A stretch of 62,684 bases of DNA. It comes from Vicinamibacteria bacterium (GTDB taxonomy: Bacteria; Acidobacteriota; Vicinamibacteria; Fen-336). The notes under the pieces are model-generated. The model was given only the letters and a program-made list of their open reading frames with translations, made no database searches and was not told where the DNA came from. The stretch lies in NCBI GenBank assembly GCA_025923995.1, contig JAICEW010000002.1:1-62684 (forward strand), read 5' to 3'. Below, piece by piece: positions 9,766 through 21,407 of this stretch; within the stretch, counting starts at the first letter, position 1; each line of letters opens with the position of its first letter. Both the position numbers and the translations under genes were made by a program.

Positions 9766-10821
9766 TCAGACCCCCCAGCCGTACGCGGTCGCCGCGTCCT
9801 CCTCGGGCGTGCGGCCCAGGCGCCGCAGGACGGCGACGGTGAACTCGCGCGTCGTGGCGTTGCCCCCGATGTCCGGCGTACGCGCGTCGCGCAGGGCGGA
9901 CTCGACGGCCGCCTCGACCGCGGCGGCCAGATCGGGCCGGCCCAGCCCGTGGCGCAGCATCATCGCGACCGAGAGGATGGCGCCGGTCGGGTTGGCGATG
10001 CCCAGGCCGGCCAGCGTCGGCGCGGAGCCGTGTACCGGCTCGAACAGCGGCGTGCCCTCCCCCAGCGACGCCGACGCCAGCAGCCCGATCGAGCCCACCA
10101 CCGCGCCCAGCTCGTCGCTGAGGATGTCCCCGAACAGGTTCTCGGCCAGGATCACGTCGAAGCGGCGCGGCGCCTGCAGCAGCTCGAAGCTGGCCGCGTC
10201 GACGTAACGGTGCTCGAGCTCGACGTCCGGGTACTCCCGTCCCACGCCGGTCACGACGGCGCGCCACAGCCGCGACGCCTCCAGCACGTTGGCCTTGTCC
10301 ACCGACGTGATGCGCCGGCGTCGCAGCCGGGCCGCCTCGAACGCGACGCGGGCGACGCGGCGCGCCTGCTCGGCGGTCTGCCGCCAGGTGTTGAACGCCT
10401 CCTCGCCGCCCTGCCCGCGTGGCTCCCCGAAGTACACGCCGCCCGCGAGATCACGGACGACCAGCAGGTCGGCGCCGCGCGCGAGCCCCTCGCGCAGGGG
10501 CGTCGGCAGGCCCAGGTAGCGGGCCGGACGCAGGTTCGCGTAGAGGCCGAGCCCCTGCCGCAGGCGCAGCAGGCCGCTCTCCGCTCGGAGCGGACCCTCC
10601 CAGCGCGGCCCGCCGACCGCGCCCAGCAGGATCGCGTCGGCATCGCGGCACGCCGCCAGCGTCTCCGGCGGCAGCGGGTCGCCGTGGTGGTCGATGGCGT
10701 CGCCGCCGATGCGCGCCTCGCGCACGTGGACGGGCACGCACGCGCCGAGCACGCCCAGCGCCGCCTCCACCACCTCGGGGCCGATACCGTCGCCGCGCAG
10801 GACCGTCACTCGAGCAGCCAT
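9766..10821 (-). CDS. leuB: 3-isopropylmalate dehydrogenase
   Basis: GDGIGPEVV, LYANLRP, VDKANVL, ENLFGDILSD, FEPVHGSAP, NPTGAILS; leu operon context. Confidence 0.95.
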   Translation of the reverse strand: MAARVTVLRGDGIGPEVVEAALGVLGACVPVHVREARIGGDAIDHHGDPLPPETLAACRDADAILLGAVGGPRWEGPLRAESGLLRLRQGLGLYANLRPARYLGLPTPLREGLARGADLLVVRDLAGGVYFGEPRGQGGEEAFNTWRQTAEQARRVARVAFEAARLRRRRITSVDKANVLEASRLWRAVVTGVGREYPDVELEHRYVDAASFELLQAPRRFDVILAENLFGDILSDELGAVVGSIGLLASASLGEGTPLFEPVHGSAPTLAGLGIANPTGAILSVAMMLRHGLGRPDLAAAVEAAVESALRDARTPDIGGNATTREFTVAVLRRLGRTPEEDAATAYGWGV

Positions 10822-10830
10822 GGGGTTCCT

Positions 10831-11409
10831 CTAGGCTTCCAGGGAAACGCCGCGCTCGTGCGCGGCGATCGCGTCTTCGTGCGAAAGGAGGATGTCCAGC
10901 TCGTCCCGCCCCTCGAGCAGGCAGCGGCGGGCGAAGGGAGGCAGCGCGAACGCGGCGACGCCGCCCGCCCACGACACGGTGAGCGCGGCCACGTCCACGC
11001 GGACCTCCCGGCCCTCCGCGGCCACGAGCGAGGCGTGCGCCGCCTCGTCGATCTCGACGGGAACGAGTCCGTTCTGCAGCGCGTTGCGCTTGAAGATGTC
11101 GGCCAGCTTCGTGCTGACGACGGCGCGGAAGCCCGCGTCCATGAGCGCCCACACCGCGTGCTCGCGCGAGCTGCCGCACCCGAAGTTGGCCCCGGCGACC
11201 AGGACCTGCGCGCCGGCCGCCTCGGGCCGGTCGAGCGCGAACGAGCGCGACGCGTCGCCGCGCCAGTCCGCGAACAGGCCGCGGCCCAGCCCCTCGCGGA
11301 CGGTGCCTTTCAGGAAGCGCGCCGGGATGATCTGGTCGGTGTCGATGTCGGCCGCGGCCAGCACGACCGTGCGGGAGCGGACGAGGCTCACCGGCTGGCG
11401 GCTGGTCAT
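10831..11409 (-). CDS. leuD: 3-isopropylmalate dehydratase small subunit
   Basis: [40 protein letters not shown]. Confidence 0.95.
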   Translation of the reverse strand: MTSRQPVSLVRSRTVVLAAADIDTDQIIPARFLKGTVREGLGRGLFADWRGDASRSFALDRPEAAGAQVLVAGANFGCGSSREHAVWALMDAGFRAVVSTKLADIFKRNALQNGLVPVEIDEAAHASLVAAEGREVRVDVAALTVSWAGGVAAFALPPFARRCLLEGRDELDILLSHEDAIAAHERGVSLEA

Positions 11410-12806
11410 GCCACCAGCTCCCGCGGGTCGGCGATGTGCCCGCACACGGCCGCGGCGGCCGCGGTCAAGGGGCTGGCCAGGAACGTGCGCCCGCCGGGCC
11501 CCTGGCGCCCCTCGAAGTTCCGATTGCTCGTGCTCACCGCGTACTGCCCGCGCTCCAGCCGGTCGCCGTTCATGGCGATGCACATCGAGCAGCCGGCCTC
11601 GCGCCACTCGGCGCCCGCCTCCAGGAACGTGCGGTCGAGCCCCTCCGCCTCCGCCTCCCGCTTCACCTGCTGCGATCCGGGCACGACCAGCGCGCGGATC
11701 CAGGGCGCCACCTTGCGGCCGCGCATCACGGACGCGGCCAGCCGCAGGTCCGACAGCCGCGAGTTCGTGCAGCTCCCGATGAACACGACGTCGACCGGGT
11801 GGCCCAGCATCGGCTGACCGGGCGCCAGGCCCATGTACGCGAGCGCGCGCTGCGTCGGACCCGAGACGTCCGCCGGGACGTGCCCGCGCACGGGCACCGC
11901 CATCGCCGGGTTCGTGCCGTACGTGATCATCGGCTCCAGCGAGGTCGCGTCGAAGGCGACCACGCGGTCGAAGGCCGCGCCCTCGTCCGTCGCCAGTGCG
12001 CGCCAGCCGCTCACCGCGCGCTCCCACGCCTCGCCCCCCGGCGCGTGCGGCCGTCCCTTCAGGTACGCGAACGTCGTCTCGTCGGGAGCGACCATGCCGG
12101 CCCGCGCGCCGGCCTCGATCGACATGTTGCACACGGTCATGCGCTCCTCGATCGACAGCGCGCGCACGGCCGGGCCGCGGTACTCGACGACGTGCCCGGT
12201 CGCGCCGTCCGCGCCGAGGCGCGCGATGAGGGCCAGGGCCAGGTCCTTGGCCGTCACGCCCGGCCCCAGGCGACCCTCCACCTCGACCGCCAGCGTCCGC
12301 GGCGGCTCCTGCAGCAGGCACTGCGTGGCCAGCACCTGCGCCACCTCGCTGGTCCCGATGCCGAACGCCAGGGCGCCCAGCGCGCCGTGCGTGCTGGTGT
12401 GGCTGTCGCCGCACACGATCGTCCGGCCCGGCTGCGTGACGCCCAGCTCGGGCGCGATCACGTGCACGATGCCCTGCCGGTCGTGGCCGACGCCGTAGAG
12501 CGTGATGCCCGCGCCCCGCGTGTTCGTCTCCAGCTGCGCGACCTGGGCGGCCGCCTCGGGATCGGCAGGCACGAACGGCCGCCCGGCCGCGCGCGGCGTG
12601 GTGGGGATCGCGTGGTCCATGGTGGCGAGCGTGCGGTCCGGCCGGCGCACCGCCAGCCCCCGCTCGCGCAGCACCGCGAAGGCCTGCGGCGACGTCACTT
12701 CGTGCAGCAGGTGGAGGTCCACGTAGAGCACCGCCGGCGTGTCGGCGGTGGCCGGCCGCACCACGTGCGCGTCCCAGACCTTCTGGAACAGCGTGCGCGG
12801 GGTCAT
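11406..12806 (-). CDS. leuC: 3-isopropylmalate dehydratase large subunit
   Basis: [51 protein letters not shown]. Confidence 0.97.
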   Translation of the reverse strand: MTPRTLFQKVWDAHVVRPATADTPAVLYVDLHLLHEVTSPQAFAVLRERGLAVRRPDRTLATMDHAIPTTPRAAGRPFVPADPEAAAQVAQLETNTRGAGITLYGVGHDRQGIVHVIAPELGVTQPGRTIVCGDSHTSTHGALGALAFGIGTSEVAQVLATQCLLQEPPRTLAVEVEGRLGPGVTAKDLALALIARLGADGATGHVVEYRGPAVRALSIEERMTVCNMSIEAGARAGMVAPDETTFAYLKGRPHAPGGEAWERAVSGWRALATDEGAAFDRVVAFDATSLEPMITYGTNPAMAVPVRGHVPADVSGPTQRALAYMGLAPGQPMLGHPVDVVFIGSCTNSRLSDLRLAASVMRGRKVAPWIRALVVPGSQQVKREAEAEGLDRTFLEAGAEWREAGCSMCIAMNGDRLERGQYAVSTSNRNFEGRQGPGGRTFLASPLTAAAAAVCGHIADPRELVA

Positions 12807-12834
12807 CGGCCTTCGCGGCCTGCGGGTCCCGCTC

Positions 12835-14330
12835 TCACGCCGCCTCCTGGCCGACGCGCGCGGCGCCGGCTGCGGTGAGGTACGCCTTGAGCGCGGCCTC
12901 GATCGAGTCGGTGCTCGCGGCCTGGCCGGTGGCCTCGCGCCCGTCGAACCGCACCCGCACCGAGACCTCGGCCAGCGCGTCCTTGCCGGCCGTGACCGCC
13001 CGCGTGTGCAGCTCCAGCAGCTCCAGGTCCAGGCCCAGCGCCGCGTCGGCGGCCTTGAGCGCGGCGTCGAGCGGCCCGTTGCCCACGGCGGAGGCCGCGT
13101 GTGCGCGACCGTCCCGCTCGACCTCGACCGTGGCGGTGGGCAGCACGCTGTTGCCCGTCACCGCCTGGTAGCGCACCAGGCGCAGCTCGCCGGCCGGGGC
13201 GCGGCCCGCGAGCGCCAGCAGGTCGTCGTCGTAGACGAACTTCTTGCGGTCGGCCAGGTCCTTGACCTCGGCCGTGAGCTCGTCCAGCTCCTGCGCGCCC
13301 AGGCGGCAGCCCAGCGCGAGCAGGCGCGACTCCACCGCGTGGCGTCCCGAGTGTTTGCCCAGGACGAGCAGACTCTCGCCGGCGCCCACGCTGGCGGGGG
13401 TCATGATCTCGTACGTGAGCGGGTTCGCGAGCATGCCGTGCTGGTGGATGCCGGCCTCGTGCGCGAACGCGTTGCGGCCGACCACGGCCTTGTTGGGCTG
13501 CGGCCAGATGCCGGTGATCGAGGAGAGCAGGCGGCTGGCCCGCGTCAGCTCCTCGGGCCGGACGCCGGTCGAGAGGCCGAGCGACTCCTGCCTCACGCGC
13601 AGCGCCATCACCAGCTCCTCCAGCGACGTGTTGCCCGCGCGCTCGCCGATGCCGTTGATCGTCACCTCGACCTGGCGCGCGCCGGCGCGCACGGCCGCCA
13701 GCGAGTTGGCGACGCCCAGGCCCAGGTCGTCGTGGCAGTGCGCCGAGAGGGTGAGGCCAGGCACGTCCTGGTGCAGGCGGGCGAAGACGGCGCCCAGCTC
13801 GTCCGGCAGCGCGTAGCCGACGGTGTCGGGCACGTTGAAGACGGACGCGCCCGCCTCCTGCACCGCCTGCGCGACCTCGCGCAGGAACGAGTAGTCCGTG
13901 CGCGACGCGTCCTCGGCCGAGAACTCCACGTCGTAGACCGCGCTGCGCGCGTAGCGCACCGCTTCGGCCGCCTGGCGCAGGGCCTGGGCGGGCCGGATCT
14001 TGAGCTTGTGCTCGAGGTGGATCGCCGAGGTGGCCAGGAACACGTGCAGGCGCGGGCGCGCGGCCGGCTCCAGCGCCCGCGCGGCCGGCTCGATGTCCTC
14101 CTCCTTGGCGCGCGCGAGCGCGGCCACGCTGCACGAGCGCACCTCCGCCGCGACCCGCCGCACCGCCTCCAGCTCCGCCTTGGAGGCGACCGGGAAGCCC
14201 GCCTCGATGACGTCGACGCCGAGCCGCTCGAGCTGCCGCGCGAAGCGGACCTTCTCGTCCGGCGTCATCGAGCAGCCGGGCGACTGCTCGCCGTCGCGCA
14301 GCGTCGTGTCGAAGACAGCGACGCGGTCCG

Positions 14331-14334
<4 letters not shown>
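12835..14334 (-). CDS. leuA: 2-isopropylmalate synthase
   Basis: TTG start overlapping ilvC stop; [45 protein letters not shown], regulatory domain GNGPLDA. Confidence 0.95.
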
Positions 14335-15383
<1,049 letters not shown>

Positions 15384-15384
15384 G

Positions 15385-15879
15385 TCAGCTCTCCGTTCCG
15401 TTGTTGCCGCCGCGAACCATCGCGACGCGTCCGGTTCGAACGATCTCCAGCACCCCCCGCGGGCGCAGCAGCTTCACGAGCGAGTCCAGGTCCTCCTCGG
15501 TGCCCGCCGCCTCGACGATCACCGAGTCGCTTCCGACGTCCGCCACCCGGGCCCGGAAGCCCGCGACCAGGTCGTGCACGGGCCCGCGCTCCTCCGGCGC
15601 GCAGCGCACGCGGATGAGCGCCAGGTCGCGCGCCACGGTCGGGAGGTGGGTGACGTCCGTCACCTCCTCGACCGCGACCAGCTTGCCCAGGTTCGCGGCC
15701 ACCAGGCGCGCCGAGGTGCGCGTCGCGTCGACCACGATCGTCATCCGCGACCAGCCGCGCGACTCGCTGGCGCCCACCGTCAGCGAGTCGATGTTGAACG
15801 CGCGGCGCCGGAACAGGCTGGCCACGCGGTTCAGCACGCCCGGCTGGTCCTGCACGCGCGCCAGCAGCACGTGCTTCAC
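15385..15879 (-). CDS. ilvH: Acetolactate synthase small (regulatory) subunit
   Basis: GTGA overlap with ilvB; [33 protein letters not shown]. Confidence 0.93.
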   Translation of the reverse strand: MKHVLLARVQDQPGVLNRVASLFRRRAFNIDSLTVGASESRGWSRMTIVVDATRTSARLVAANLGKLVAVEEVTDVTHLPTVARDLALIRVRCAPEERGPVHDLVAGFRARVADVGSDSVIVEAAGTEEDLDSLVKLLRPRGVLEIVRTGRVAMVRGGNNGTES

Positions 15880-17567
15880 GCGGTCGCCTCCTGCGCCGGG
15901 GCCGGCCGGCGGATCATGTCGGAGATGTCCGCGCCGGACGGGACCATCGGGTAGACCGCCTCCTCCTGCTCGACGCGGAACTCGATCAGGCCGCCCTGGG
16001 CCGAGGCGCGCACGGCCTCGATCGCGGGAACCATCCCGGAGCGGCTGGCGACGGTGCACGCCGGCAGCCCGTACGCGGCCGCCAGCGCCGCGAAGTCCGG
16101 CGAGAGCAGCGGCGTCGCCGAGTAGCGCTTCTCGTAGAAGAACTCCTGCCACTGGCGGACCATGCCCAGGTACCCGTTGTTGACGACCGCGATCTTCACG
16201 TCCAGGTTCTCCTGCCGCAGCGTGGCCAGCTCGCACTGCGTCATCTGGAACCCGCCGTCGCCCGCGACCACCCACACCTCGGCGTCGGGGCAGGCCATCT
16301 TGGCGCCGATGGCCGCGGGCAGCGCGAAGCCCATGGTGCCCAGTCCTCCCGACGTCACCAGCGACCGCGGCCGCTCGTGCGGGTAGTACTGCGCCTCCCA
16401 CATCTGGTGCTGGCCCACGTCCGTGACGACGACGGCGTCGCCGCCGGTCGCGCGCCACAGCTCGCGGATGACGTGCGCCGCGTAGAGCCGGCCGTCGTCC
16501 GGCTGGTGCAGCAGGTCGCGCGAGCGCGTGTCCTCGCGCCCCTCCGCGATCTCCTCCAGCCACGCGCGATGGCGCCGCGAGGGCACCATCGGCACGAGCG
16601 CCGAGAGCGTCTCGCGCACGTCCGCCTGGATGGCCACGTCCACCGGCACGTTCTTGCCGATCTCGGAGGGGTCGAGCTCGACGTGGATCTTCCGCGCGTG
16701 CCGCGCGAACGTCTCGAGCTTGCCGGTCACGCGGTCGTCGAACCGCATGCCCAGCGCGACGATCAGGTCCGCTCGCTGGATCGCGCGGTTGACGTACGCC
16801 TCGCCGTGCATGCCCATCATCCCCAGGCACAGCGAGTGGCTGGCCGGGAACCCGCCCAGGCCCAGCAGCGTGAGCGCGACCGGCACGTCCGCCTTCTCCG
16901 CCAGCTCGGTGAGCAGGCGCGACGCGCCCGCGCGGACGATGCCGTGGCCGGCCAGGATGAGCGGCCGCTCGCTGGCGGCGATCAGGTCCGCCGCTCGCGC
17001 GAGCTGGTCCTTGTCCGGCGCCGGCGCGGTCCAGCCCGAGCGGGCCGGCTCTTCCGGCCACTCGAACGTGGTGCGCGCCTGCTGCACGTCCTTGCAGATG
17101 TCGACCAGCACCGGCCCCGGCCGGCCCGAGCGCGCGATCGCGAACGCCTCGCGCAGCGCGGGCGCCAGCCGAGCGACGTCCGTGACCAGCTCGTTGTGCT
17201 TGGTGATGGGCAGCGTGATGCCCGTGACGTCCGTCTCCTGGAAGGCGTCGCTGCCCAGCAGCTTGCTGGGCACCTGCCCGGTGATGAACACGGTGGGGAC
17301 CGAGTCGAGCATCGCGGTCGCGATGCCGGTCGTGAGGTTGGTGGCGCCCGGCCCCGACGTCGCGACCGCCACGCCCACGCGGCCGCTGGCCCGCGCGTAG
17401 CCGTCGGCCATGTGCGCCGCGCCCTGCTCGTGGCGCACGAGCACGTGGTGGATCGGGAAGCGGCCCAGCGCGTCGTAGGCGGGCAGGCTGGCGCCGCCGG
17501 GATACCCGAAGACGGTGTCGACGCCCTCGCGGACCAGGCACTCCCAGAGGATCTCCGCGCCCGTCAT
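15876..17567 (-). CDS. ilvB: Acetolactate synthase large subunit
   Basis: MTGAE, FGYPGG, RHEQGAAHMADGYAR, TSGPGATN, GMRFDDRVTG, TDVGQHQMW, GDGGFQM. Confidence 0.96.
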   Translation of the reverse strand: MTGAEILWECLVREGVDTVFGYPGGASLPAYDALGRFPIHHVLVRHEQGAAHMADGYARASGRVGVAVATSGPGATNLTTGIATAMLDSVPTVFITGQVPSKLLGSDAFQETDVTGITLPITKHNELVTDVARLAPALREAFAIARSGRPGPVLVDICKDVQQARTTFEWPEEPARSGWTAPAPDKDQLARAADLIAASERPLILAGHGIVRAGASRLLTELAEKADVPVALTLLGLGGFPASHSLCLGMMGMHGEAYVNRAIQRADLIVALGMRFDDRVTGKLETFARHARKIHVELDPSEIGKNVPVDVAIQADVRETLSALVPMVPSRRHRAWLEEIAEGREDTRSRDLLHQPDDGRLYAAHVIRELWRATGGDAVVVTDVGQHQMWEAQYYPHERPRSLVTSGGLGTMGFALPAAIGAKMACPDAEVWVVAGDGGFQMTQCELATLRQENLDVKIAVVNNGYLGMVRQWQEFFYEKRYSATPLLSPDFAALAAAYGLPACTVASRSGMVPAIEAVRASAQGGLIEFRVEQEEAVYPMVPSGADISDMIRRPAPAQEATA

Positions 17568-17647
17568 CGTCGGACCGTCTGCGCGCCGTGCTCGCTGCCC
17601 CATGGTGTCGTCGTCTCCCGGGCGGCCTTCCGGGCCCCCCTCAAGCC

Positions 17648-17680
17648 AAAAAAAAACCCCCGAGGTCTCTTCCTCGGGGG
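17648..17680 (-). terminator. Intrinsic terminator of the ilv attenuator
   Basis: Perfect 9-bp stem CCCCCGAGG/CCTCGGGGG, 6-nt loop, followed by 9 T on the minus strand. Confidence 0.9.
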
Positions 17681-17706
17681 CTCCTTCGATCTCGCTCTCG
17701 CGCTTC

Positions 17707-17820
17707 CTAGATCAGGGAACCCCCGGACGGTCCAATGGAGATGGCCCGCAGGACCAGGACCGACAGTCGAACAGCGACGTTCGATTCGGAGGCAGCGCGG
17801 ATTCGAGAGAGATGCGTCAT
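17707..17820 (-). CDS. ilv operon leader peptide (37 aa, MTHLSRIRAASESNVAVRLSVLVLRAISIGPSGGSLI)
   Basis: Manually translated ORF rich in Val/Leu/Ile, lying between a promoter and the terminator upstream of ilvB. Confidence 0.8.
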   Translation of the reverse strand: MTHLSRIRAASESNVAVRLSVLVLRAISIGPSGGSLI

Positions 17821-17833
17821 CGACGTTCGCGCG

Positions 17834-17862
17834 AAGTTACGCGTCGGGTAAACGAGAGTCAA
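17834..17862 (-). promoter_or_regulatory. Sigma70-type promoter of the ilv leader
   Basis: TTGACT (17862-17857), 17-nt spacer, TAACTT (17839-17834). Confidence 0.65.
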
Positions 17863-17895
17863 GTGAATTCTGCTTCTGCGCGTCATGCCCGCGCG

Positions 17896-18594
17896 TCATG
17901 CCAGGTCGAAGACGAGCACCTCGGCGTCGCTGGTGGCCTCGAGCTGCAGCGCCCGCTCCTCGCTCACCGCCGCGCCGTCGCCCTCGCCCATCTCGGCCTC
18001 GTTGAGCGTGACCGATCCCCTGGCGACGTGAACCCAGGCATGGCGCTTCTCGCCCAGGGGACGCGACCGCCTCTCGCCCGCGCCCATCCGCGTCACCTCC
18101 AGCTCCAGGTCCTGCTGGACCTGGATCGAGCCGTTGCGGCCGTCGCGCGAGGCCAGGAGGACGAAGCCGCGCCGGGCCGCCTCCGGGTCGAACGCCTTCT
18201 GGTCGTACCGCGGAGGAAGTCCGCGCCGGTCGGGGATCACCCAGATCTGCAGGAAGTGCACGGGCTCGACGTCCGAGCCGTTGTACTCGCTGTGCGTCAC
18301 GCCGGTCCCCGCGCGCATGAACTGGATCTCGCCGGGCCGGATCACGCCCCCGCCGCCGGCCGAGTCCTTGTGCTTGAGCGAGCCCTCGAGCACGTACGAG
18401 AGGATCTCCATGTCGCGGTGCCCGTGCGTCCCGAAGCCCGCGCCCGGCTCCACGCGGTCGTCGTTGATCACACGCAGGGAGCGGAAGCCCTCGAAGCGCG
18501 CGTCGTAGTACTCGCCGAACGAGAACGTGTGGCGGCTGTCGAGCCACCCCCACTCCGTCCGTCCCCTGTCGTCCGCCCGCCGGATCTCGATCAT
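17896..18594 (-). CDS. Pirin family protein (YhhW-like)
   Basis: WLDSRHTFSFG, LRVINDD, HGHRDMEILSYV, GTGVTHSE, FLQIW. Confidence 0.93.
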   Translation of the reverse strand: MIEIRRADDRGRTEWGWLDSRHTFSFGEYYDARFEGFRSLRVINDDRVEPGAGFGTHGHRDMEILSYVLEGSLKHKDSAGGGGVIRPGEIQFMRAGTGVTHSEYNGSDVEPVHFLQIWVIPDRRGLPPRYDQKAFDPEAARRGFVLLASRDGRNGSIQVQQDLELEVTRMGAGERRSRPLGEKRHAWVHVARGSVTLNEAEMGEGDGAAVSEERALQLEATSDAEVLVFDLA

Positions 18595-18631
18595 GCCCGC
18601 CTCCAACGCGACAGGATAGCGCCTCGGCGGG

Positions 18632-20308
18632 CTATGGGACGCGGTCCGTCACCGCGCCCAGGCTCGCCGAGGACACCGTGCGCGCGTACTTCGCGAGCAC
18701 GCCCCGCTCGGCGCGCGGCGCCGGCGCCCGCCACGCCTGCCGCCGTCGCGCGATCTCCCCCACCGGCACCTCGAGGTCCACGACGCGCGCGTCCGCGTCG
18801 ATCGTCACGCGGTCGCCCTCCTGCACGAGCGCGATCAGCCCGCCGGCCGCGGCCTCGGGGGACACGTGGCCCACGACGAGGCCGTGCGTGCCGCCGGAGA
18901 AGCGGCCGTCGGTGATGAGCCCGACCGAGTCCCCCAGGCCCGCGCCGATGAGCGCGGCCGTGGGCGAGAGCATCTCGCGCATGCCCGGCCCGCCGCGCGG
19001 GCCCTCGTAGCGGATGACCACGACGTCGCCGGGCTCGATGCCTCCGGCCAGGATCGCCGCCAGGCACGCCTCCTCCGAGTCGAACACGCGCGCGGGCCCG
19101 CTGTGCCGCGCCTTGGCGACGCCGGCGATCTTCGCCACCGCACCCTCGGGGGCCAGGTTGCCACGGAGGATGGCCAGGTGGCCCTGCGCGTGCAGCGGCC
19201 GGTCGAACGGGCGGATGATGTCCTGGCCGCTCGGGGCGTCGGACGGCACGTCCGCCAGCGTCTGCGCGATCGTCCGTCCGGTGACGGTGGGCGCGCCGCC
19301 GTCGAGCAGGCCCCGCGCCAGCAGCATGCTCATCACACGCGGGACGCCGCCCACGCGGTGCAGGTCGGTCGCGACGTAGCGTCCGAACGGCTTCAGGTCG
19401 CACAGGACGGGCACGCGCTGCCGGACGGCCTCGAAGTCGTCCAGCGCGAGGCGCGCACCGGCCGCGTCGGCGATCGCGAGGAGGTGCAGGACCGCGTTCG
19501 TCGACCCGCCGAGGGCCATCACGACCGCGATCGCGTTGAGGAACGACTCGCGCGTCAGGATCGTGCGCGGACGACGGTCGTGGCGGATGGCGTCCGCCAG
19601 CACGTCCGCCGCTCGCGCCGCGGCGTCGGCCGTCTCGGCGTCCTCCGCCGCCATCGTGGACGAGCCGGGCAGGCTCAGCCCCAGCGCCTCGATCGCGGAG
19701 GACATGGTGTTCGCGGTGTACATCCCGCCGCACGAGCCCGCACCCGGGCAGGCGTGACGCTCCACCTCCACCAGCTCCGCCTCGCTGATGCGCCCCGCGC
19801 TCCACTGGCCGACGGCCTCGAACGCGCTCACGACCGTGAGGTCGCGGTCGCCCAGCCGGCCCGGCTTGATGGTCCCGCCGTAGACGAAGACGGACGGCAC
19901 GTCGAGGCGCGCGATCGCGATCATCGCTCCTGGCATGTTCTTGTCGCAGCCGCCCACGGCCAGCAGCCCGTCCAGGCTCTGGGCGTTCACGACCGTCTCG
20001 ATCGAGTCCGCGATCACCTCGCGCGAGACGAGCGAGTAGCGCATCCCCGAGGTCCCCATCGAGATGCCGTCGCTCACGGTGATGGTCCCGAAGAGCTGCG
20101 GCATCGCGCCGGCCGCGCGCAGCGCGGACTCGGCGCGCGAGGCCAGCCCGGCCAGGCCCAGGTTGCAGGGCGTGATCGTGCTGTATGCGCTCGCGATCCC
20201 GACCACCGGCTTGTCGAAGTCCGCGTCAGAGAAGCCGACCGCACGCAGCATCGCGCGCGCGGCGGCCCGCTCGGGGCCGCGGGTCACGACCTGGCTGCGC
20301 AGCTTCAC
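18632..20308 (-). CDS. ilvD: Dihydroxy-acid dehydratase
   Basis: GTGA overlap with pheA; [57 protein letters not shown]. Confidence 0.96.
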   Translation of the reverse strand: MKLRSQVVTRGPERAAARAMLRAVGFSDADFDKPVVGIASAYSTITPCNLGLAGLASRAESALRAAGAMPQLFGTITVSDGISMGTSGMRYSLVSREVIADSIETVVNAQSLDGLLAVGGCDKNMPGAMIAIARLDVPSVFVYGGTIKPGRLGDRDLTVVSAFEAVGQWSAGRISEAELVEVERHACPGAGSCGGMYTANTMSSAIEALGLSLPGSSTMAAEDAETADAAARAADVLADAIRHDRRPRTILTRESFLNAIAVVMALGGSTNAVLHLLAIADAAGARLALDDFEAVRQRVPVLCDLKPFGRYVATDLHRVGGVPRVMSMLLARGLLDGGAPTVTGRTIAQTLADVPSDAPSGQDIIRPFDRPLHAQGHLAILRGNLAPEGAVAKIAGVAKARHSGPARVFDSEEACLAAILAGGIEPGDVVVIRYEGPRGGPGMREMLSPTAALIGAGLGDSVGLITDGRFSGGTHGLVVGHVSPEAAAGGLIALVQEGDRVTIDADARVVDLEVPVGEIARRRQAWRAPAPRAERGVLAKYARTVSSASLGAVTDRVP

Positions 20309-21141
20309 GAATCCTCCCGCCAGGCGCTCGCCGGATACGAGCCCAGCACCCGCAACGATACCGCCGACGAGGCCAGCTCGCGCACGGCCTCGCCCGCTGG
20401 GCCGTCGGGATCGCCCAGGGCGTCCAGGTAGAACGCGTACTCCCAGGGCCGGCCGCGCAGGGGGCGCGACTCGATCTTGGCCAGGTCCACTCCCCGCGAC
20501 GCGAACATGCCCAGGGCCCGGTGCAGCGCGCCCGGCTGGTTGTGGAGCACGAACGTGACGGACGTCTTGGAGGGCGCGCCGGCCGTCTCGGTGCCCCGCG
20601 AGAGCAGCAGGAAGCGCGTGTAGTTGCGCGGGTCGTCCTCGATCGCCTCGCGCAGGACCTGCCCGCCGTACAGCTCGGCCGACAGGCGCGAGCCGATGGC
20701 GGCGCCGCTGGCCAGCCCGCCCTTCATGAGGTCGCGGACGCTGCCCGCGGTGTCGTAGACGACGACCGGCTCGATCTGCGGGTTCTCGGCGAAGAAGCGC
20801 CGGCACTGCGCGAGCGCGACGGCGTGTGATGCCGCGCGGCGGATGGAGGCCAGCGTCGAGCCCGGCCGGCCGATCAGGCAGTGCGAGACGCGGAGCTGGG
20901 TCTCGCCCACGATGTGCAGCGGCGAGGCGGACAGCCGGTCGTAGTTCTCGTGGATCGAGCCGGCCAGCGAGTTCTCGATGGGCAGCAGGCCGCGGTCGGC
21001 CTCGCCGGTGTCCACCGCCTGGAACAGCGCGTCGAAGCTGGGACGGTGCAGCAGGCGGACGTCCTCGCCGAGGAGCTGGCGGGCGGCGGCGTGGCTGAAC
21101 GAGCCGGCCTCGCCCTGGATGGCGACGGTTTCGATGCTCAT
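20305..21141 (-). CDS. pheA: Prephenate dehydratase with ACT domain
   Basis: [32 protein letters not shown]...LAKIESRP...WEYAFYLD. Confidence 0.93.
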   Translation of the reverse strand: MSIETVAIQGEAGSFSHAAARQLLGEDVRLLHRPSFDALFQAVDTGEADRGLLPIENSLAGSIHENYDRLSASPLHIVGETQLRVSHCLIGRPGSTLASIRRAASHAVALAQCRRFFAENPQIEPVVVYDTAGSVRDLMKGGLASGAAIGSRLSAELYGGQVLREAIEDDPRNYTRFLLLSRGTETAGAPSKTSVTFVLHNQPGALHRALGMFASRGVDLAKIESRPLRGRPWEYAFYLDALGDPDGPAGEAVRELASSAVSLRVLGSYPASAWREDS

Positions 21142-21185
21142 CTCCGGAACCTCCTGAGGCACGTTCTCCAGGCCCCGGAAAGGCC

Positions 21186-21220
21186 AAAAGGCCCGTCCCG
21201 GGTGTCTTCGGGAGCGGGCC
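21186..21220 (-). terminator. Terminator hairpin of the phe attenuator
   Basis: 11-bp GC-rich stem with one bulge (21190-21200 / 21209-21220), then TTTT on the minus strand. Confidence 0.7.
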
Positions 21221-21255
21221 TCGCGTTTGCGGCCACTTCAGGCTGGGGCGACCGG

Positions 21256-21333
21256 CTAGGCCTTCCCCCCACCCGCTCCGTTGGAGCAGGTAAACAGGAA
21301 GAACCGGACGTTCCACTTCGCCTTCGGGACCAT
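21256..21333 (-). CDS. pheA leader peptide (25 aa, [25 protein letters not shown])
   Basis: Manually translated; Phe cluster TTC TTC CTG TTT; located upstream of the terminator and pheA. Confidence 0.8.
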   Translation of the reverse strand: MVPKAKWNVRFFLFTCSNGAGGGKA

Positions 21334-21342
21334 GAGGCCCCG

Positions 21343-21372
21343 AGTATAGGCCCTCGAGGCACCCGGCGGCAA
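21343..21372 (-). promoter_or_regulatory. Putative promoter of the phe leader
   Basis: TTGCCG (21372-21367), 18-nt spacer, TATACT (21348-21343). Confidence 0.5.
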
Positions 21373-21407
21373 CATCGGTGTATAGTTGAATGAGAGGTCA
21401 TTCACTT

